From sequence record ON529851.1: DNA of 64,000 nt, one strand, 5' to 3'. Position numbers and translations under genes: made by a program. Within the stretch, counting starts at the first letter, position 1; every line of letters begins with the position of its first letter. The notes under the pieces were generated by a model. The model saw nothing but the letters and a program-made list of their open reading frames with translations, was not told the origin of the DNA and made no database searches. Below are positions 62,565-64,000 of this stretch, in pieces.

Positions 62565-63054
62565 CGACAGAGACCTCCTCGATCTGAGCGATGCCGCACA
62601 CTGCGACCACGTCTCCGTTCACCATGATGGGCCACTTCCAGCCCGCGAAGCGCAGCAGGGCGCCGCTGGTCGCGTGGGGCACCACGCCGTCCACCAGGAT
62701 CGTGCGGCGCTCAATGACGCACTGAAGGTCTTCATCTTCAAATTCACTGGCGTCGCCGTGGTCCCAGATGGCGTGGTCAGGCTGCGCCAGGTAGTCGAGC
62801 GCGGTCACGCCGGTCATGGCGGTGTAGGGGCGATTGACGTGCACCATGACGAACGATCCGTCCGCTTGCAGCGCCTTGATCCAGGCCGGCAGGGGCATGT
62901 GCTCGAAGAAGCCCGTCATCAGCAGACAGGGGTCCTCCGACCGGCACTCTTCGGCGGCGTCGCGCAAAATGTTAAGCAGGGCTTCCACGTCTTGACGCGG
63001 TTTCTGCGGGATACCCGTCGGGTGGGCCGAAGGGCTGTTGTCGTTGTTCGACAC
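62554..63054 (-). CDS. Stand-alone PAS-domain protein
   Basis: FFEHMPLPAWIK...FVMVHVNRPY..MTG......D..IW.....F..ED..V...KWPI...GDVVAVCGIA, a PAS_4-like pattern. Confidence 0.75.
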   Translation of the reverse strand: MSNNDNSPSAHPTGIPQKPRQDVEALLNILRDAAEECRSEDPCLLMTGFFEHMPLPAWIKALQADGSFVMVHVNRPYTAMTGVTALDYLAQPDHAIWDHGDASEFEDEDLQCVIERRTILVDGVVPHATSGALLRFAGWKWPIMVNGDVVAVCGIAQIEEVSVDGR

Positions 63055-63095
63055 GGCCTTCGTCCCCGACGGTTAGCACGTTGATAATGACGCGG

Positions 63096-63129
63096 AGGCT
63101 ACGCGGAAACCCCTTGAAAGTCAAGATTT
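63096..63129 (-). promoter_or_regulatory. Promoter AAATCTTGACT-N17-TAGCCT
   Basis: Upstream of the PAS gene; carries the recurring AAATC extension. Confidence 0.65.
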
Positions 63130-63179
63130 TTGGCAACGATTGCCAGCCAATAAATTCCTTGACGAAGCACAGCGCCGGA

Positions 63180-63280
63180 ATCACAACACCCCGCACCGGA
63201 CGGGGGCCAGTGCGGGGTGTTGCTTGACGACGGAGGACAGGGTCAGCCGGACTAGGCCCCGTGGCTGACGACGTGCCTGA
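63180..63280 (-). ncRNA. Candidate ~100-nt two-hairpin small RNA
   Basis: Promoter TTGACA-N17-TACAGA (63313-63285); hairpins GTCAGCC/GGCTGAC and a 13-bp CAACACCCCGCAC/GTGCGGGGTGTTG. Confidence 0.4.
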
Positions 63281-63330
63281 TGCTTCTGTACGTGGAGGCG
63301 CAGCGCGTGTCAACCCTCTCGGTCAGATAA

Positions 63331-63411
63331 TGGCGGGGGCGGAGGGAATCGAACCCCCTGGTTGACGCCTTCGGAGGGCGTTGCCTACATTCCGGTCGGC
63401 ACTTCGCCCCC
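63331..63411 (-). tRNA. tRNA-Arg(CCG), atypical D-arm
   Basis: Acceptor GGGGGCG/CGCCCCC, G73, CCA; anticodon stem ACGCC/GGCGT with loop CTCCGAA; T-loop TTCGATT. Confidence 0.7.
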
Positions 63412-63449
63412 GAGGCGGTGGGCCGGGCGGACCCGGCGTTAAGTAAGAG

Positions 63450-63531
63450 TGGCGCCCAAGGCAGGATTTGAACCTGCGTTTGCAACTCCGCTACGGATAA
63501 GGCCTTCGTAGGACCCCTCGGTTACTTGGGC
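63450..63531 (-). tRNA. Aberrant tRNA-like RNA (possible anticodon CCU, no U33)
   Basis: Perfect acceptor GCCCAAG/CTTGGGC, G73, CCA and T-arm GCAGG-TTCAAAT-CCTGC; D-arm and anticodon arm non-canonical. Confidence 0.55.
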
Positions 63532-63534
63532 ATT

Positions 63535-63618
63535 TGGCTCCTATGAGAGGACTCGAACCTCTAAGTCTTGCGACGGTCGATTAACAGTCGACTGCGTTTA
63601 CCATTCCGCCACATAGGA
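63535..63618 (-). tRNA. tRNA-Asn(GUU) with a long variable arm
   Basis: TCCTATG/CATAGGA, G73, CCA; anticodon stem GTCGA/TCGAC with loop CTGTTAA; V-arm GTC-GCAA-GAC. Confidence 0.85.
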
Positions 63619-63643
63619 ACAAACTGAATACTGATGTTTTACC

Positions 63644-63717
63644 TGGTTCTGGCTCTAGGAATCGAACCTAAATCTCGGAGACCAAAACTCCGCGTGATAC
63701 CGTTACACTAAGCCAGA
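63644..63717 (-). tRNA. tRNA-Gln(UUG)
   Basis: TCTGGCT/AGCCAGA; anticodon stem CGGAG/CTCCG with loop TTTTGGT; encoded CCA. Confidence 0.9.
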
Positions 63718-63728
63718 TCAGGAAAACT

Positions 63729-63806
63729 TGGTAGGAGGTACTGGATTCGAACCAGTGAAATGTCGGTATGTAACACCGATGCCTTGGGCCGCTTGGCGAA
63801 CCTCCC
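63729..63806 (-). tRNA. tRNA-Val(UAC)
   Basis: GGGAGGT/ACCTCCT, A73, CCA; anticodon stem TCGGT/ACCGA with loop GTTACAT. Confidence 0.85.
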
Positions 63807-63851
63807 ATGAAAGAGTAGCGTATCTCCACTACTCAGTGACAAAAGTAAAGT

Positions 63852-63928
63852 TGGTCCTAGCACCAGGATTTGAACCTGGGACCGAGCGGTTATCGACCGC
63901 GCGCTCTACCAAACTGAGCTATGCTAGG
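63852..63928 (-). tRNA. tRNA-Ile(GAU)
   Basis: CCTAGCA/TGCTAGG; D-arm GCTC/GAGC; loop TCGATAA; encoded CCA. Confidence 0.92.
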
Positions 63929-63932
63929 GCTG

Positions 63933-64000
63933 TGGTAGCGGATACAGGAATCGCACCTGTGCTTGTCGGCGTGTCATACCGATGCCTTTCTACTTGGCTA
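63933..64000 (-). tRNA. tRNA-Val(GAC), 5' end cut off by the window edge
   Basis: Anticodon stem TCGGT/GCCGA with loop ATGACAC; T-arm ACAGG-TGCGATT-CCTGT; A73 and CCA. Confidence 0.75.

Noticed and set aside
63285-63330. Theta/HDV-like ribozyme in the tRNA 3' trailer
   Set aside because: No nested double pseudoknot or catalytic-C motif is visible; the segment is explained by a sigma70 promoter.
63252-63485. 77-aa ORF (and 62972-63313) over the tRNA region
   Set aside because: Overlaps tRNA genes, a promoter and hairpins; composition is not protein-like.

Overview
A 64-kb slice of a large, GC-rich siphovirus genome, most likely a phiCbK-like Caulobacter/Brevundimonas phage. The assignment is inferred from the T7-type PolA, the alphaproteobacterial NrdA, the GTA-like tail-tip genes, the long tape measure and the tRNA cluster. 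Every credible gene is on the minus strand; the long plus-strand ORFs are shadows. From right to left (direction of transcription): tRNA cluster, PAS protein, PhoH, neck and tail genes with a -1 frameshifting chaperone, a 2432-aa tape measure, a duplicated GTA-type baseplate, a 3115-aa fibre/adhesin, a three-gene accessory cassette (DUF115-like, MazG-like, class II aaRS-like), a lysis cassette with two endolysins, a 1.1-kb ORF-free structured interval, and a replication/nucleotide module (two MTases, A1-like nuclease, PolA, exonucleases, SSB-like, RecD-like helicase, dNMP kinase, ThyX, intein-containing NrdA running off the left edge). The best candidates for something undescribed are: (1) a ~580-nt promoter-to-terminator unit with no credible ORF, plus an adjacent related structured element (19.0-20.07 kb); (2) the MazG-like/aaRS-like cassette; (3) the twin-hairpin/UAG-repeat leader of the SSB-like gene; (4) a recurring GAGTCACG-N13-CGTGACTC dyad; (5) non-canonical tRNAs. 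Family names come from manual motif recognition only; no database searches or folding programs were run.
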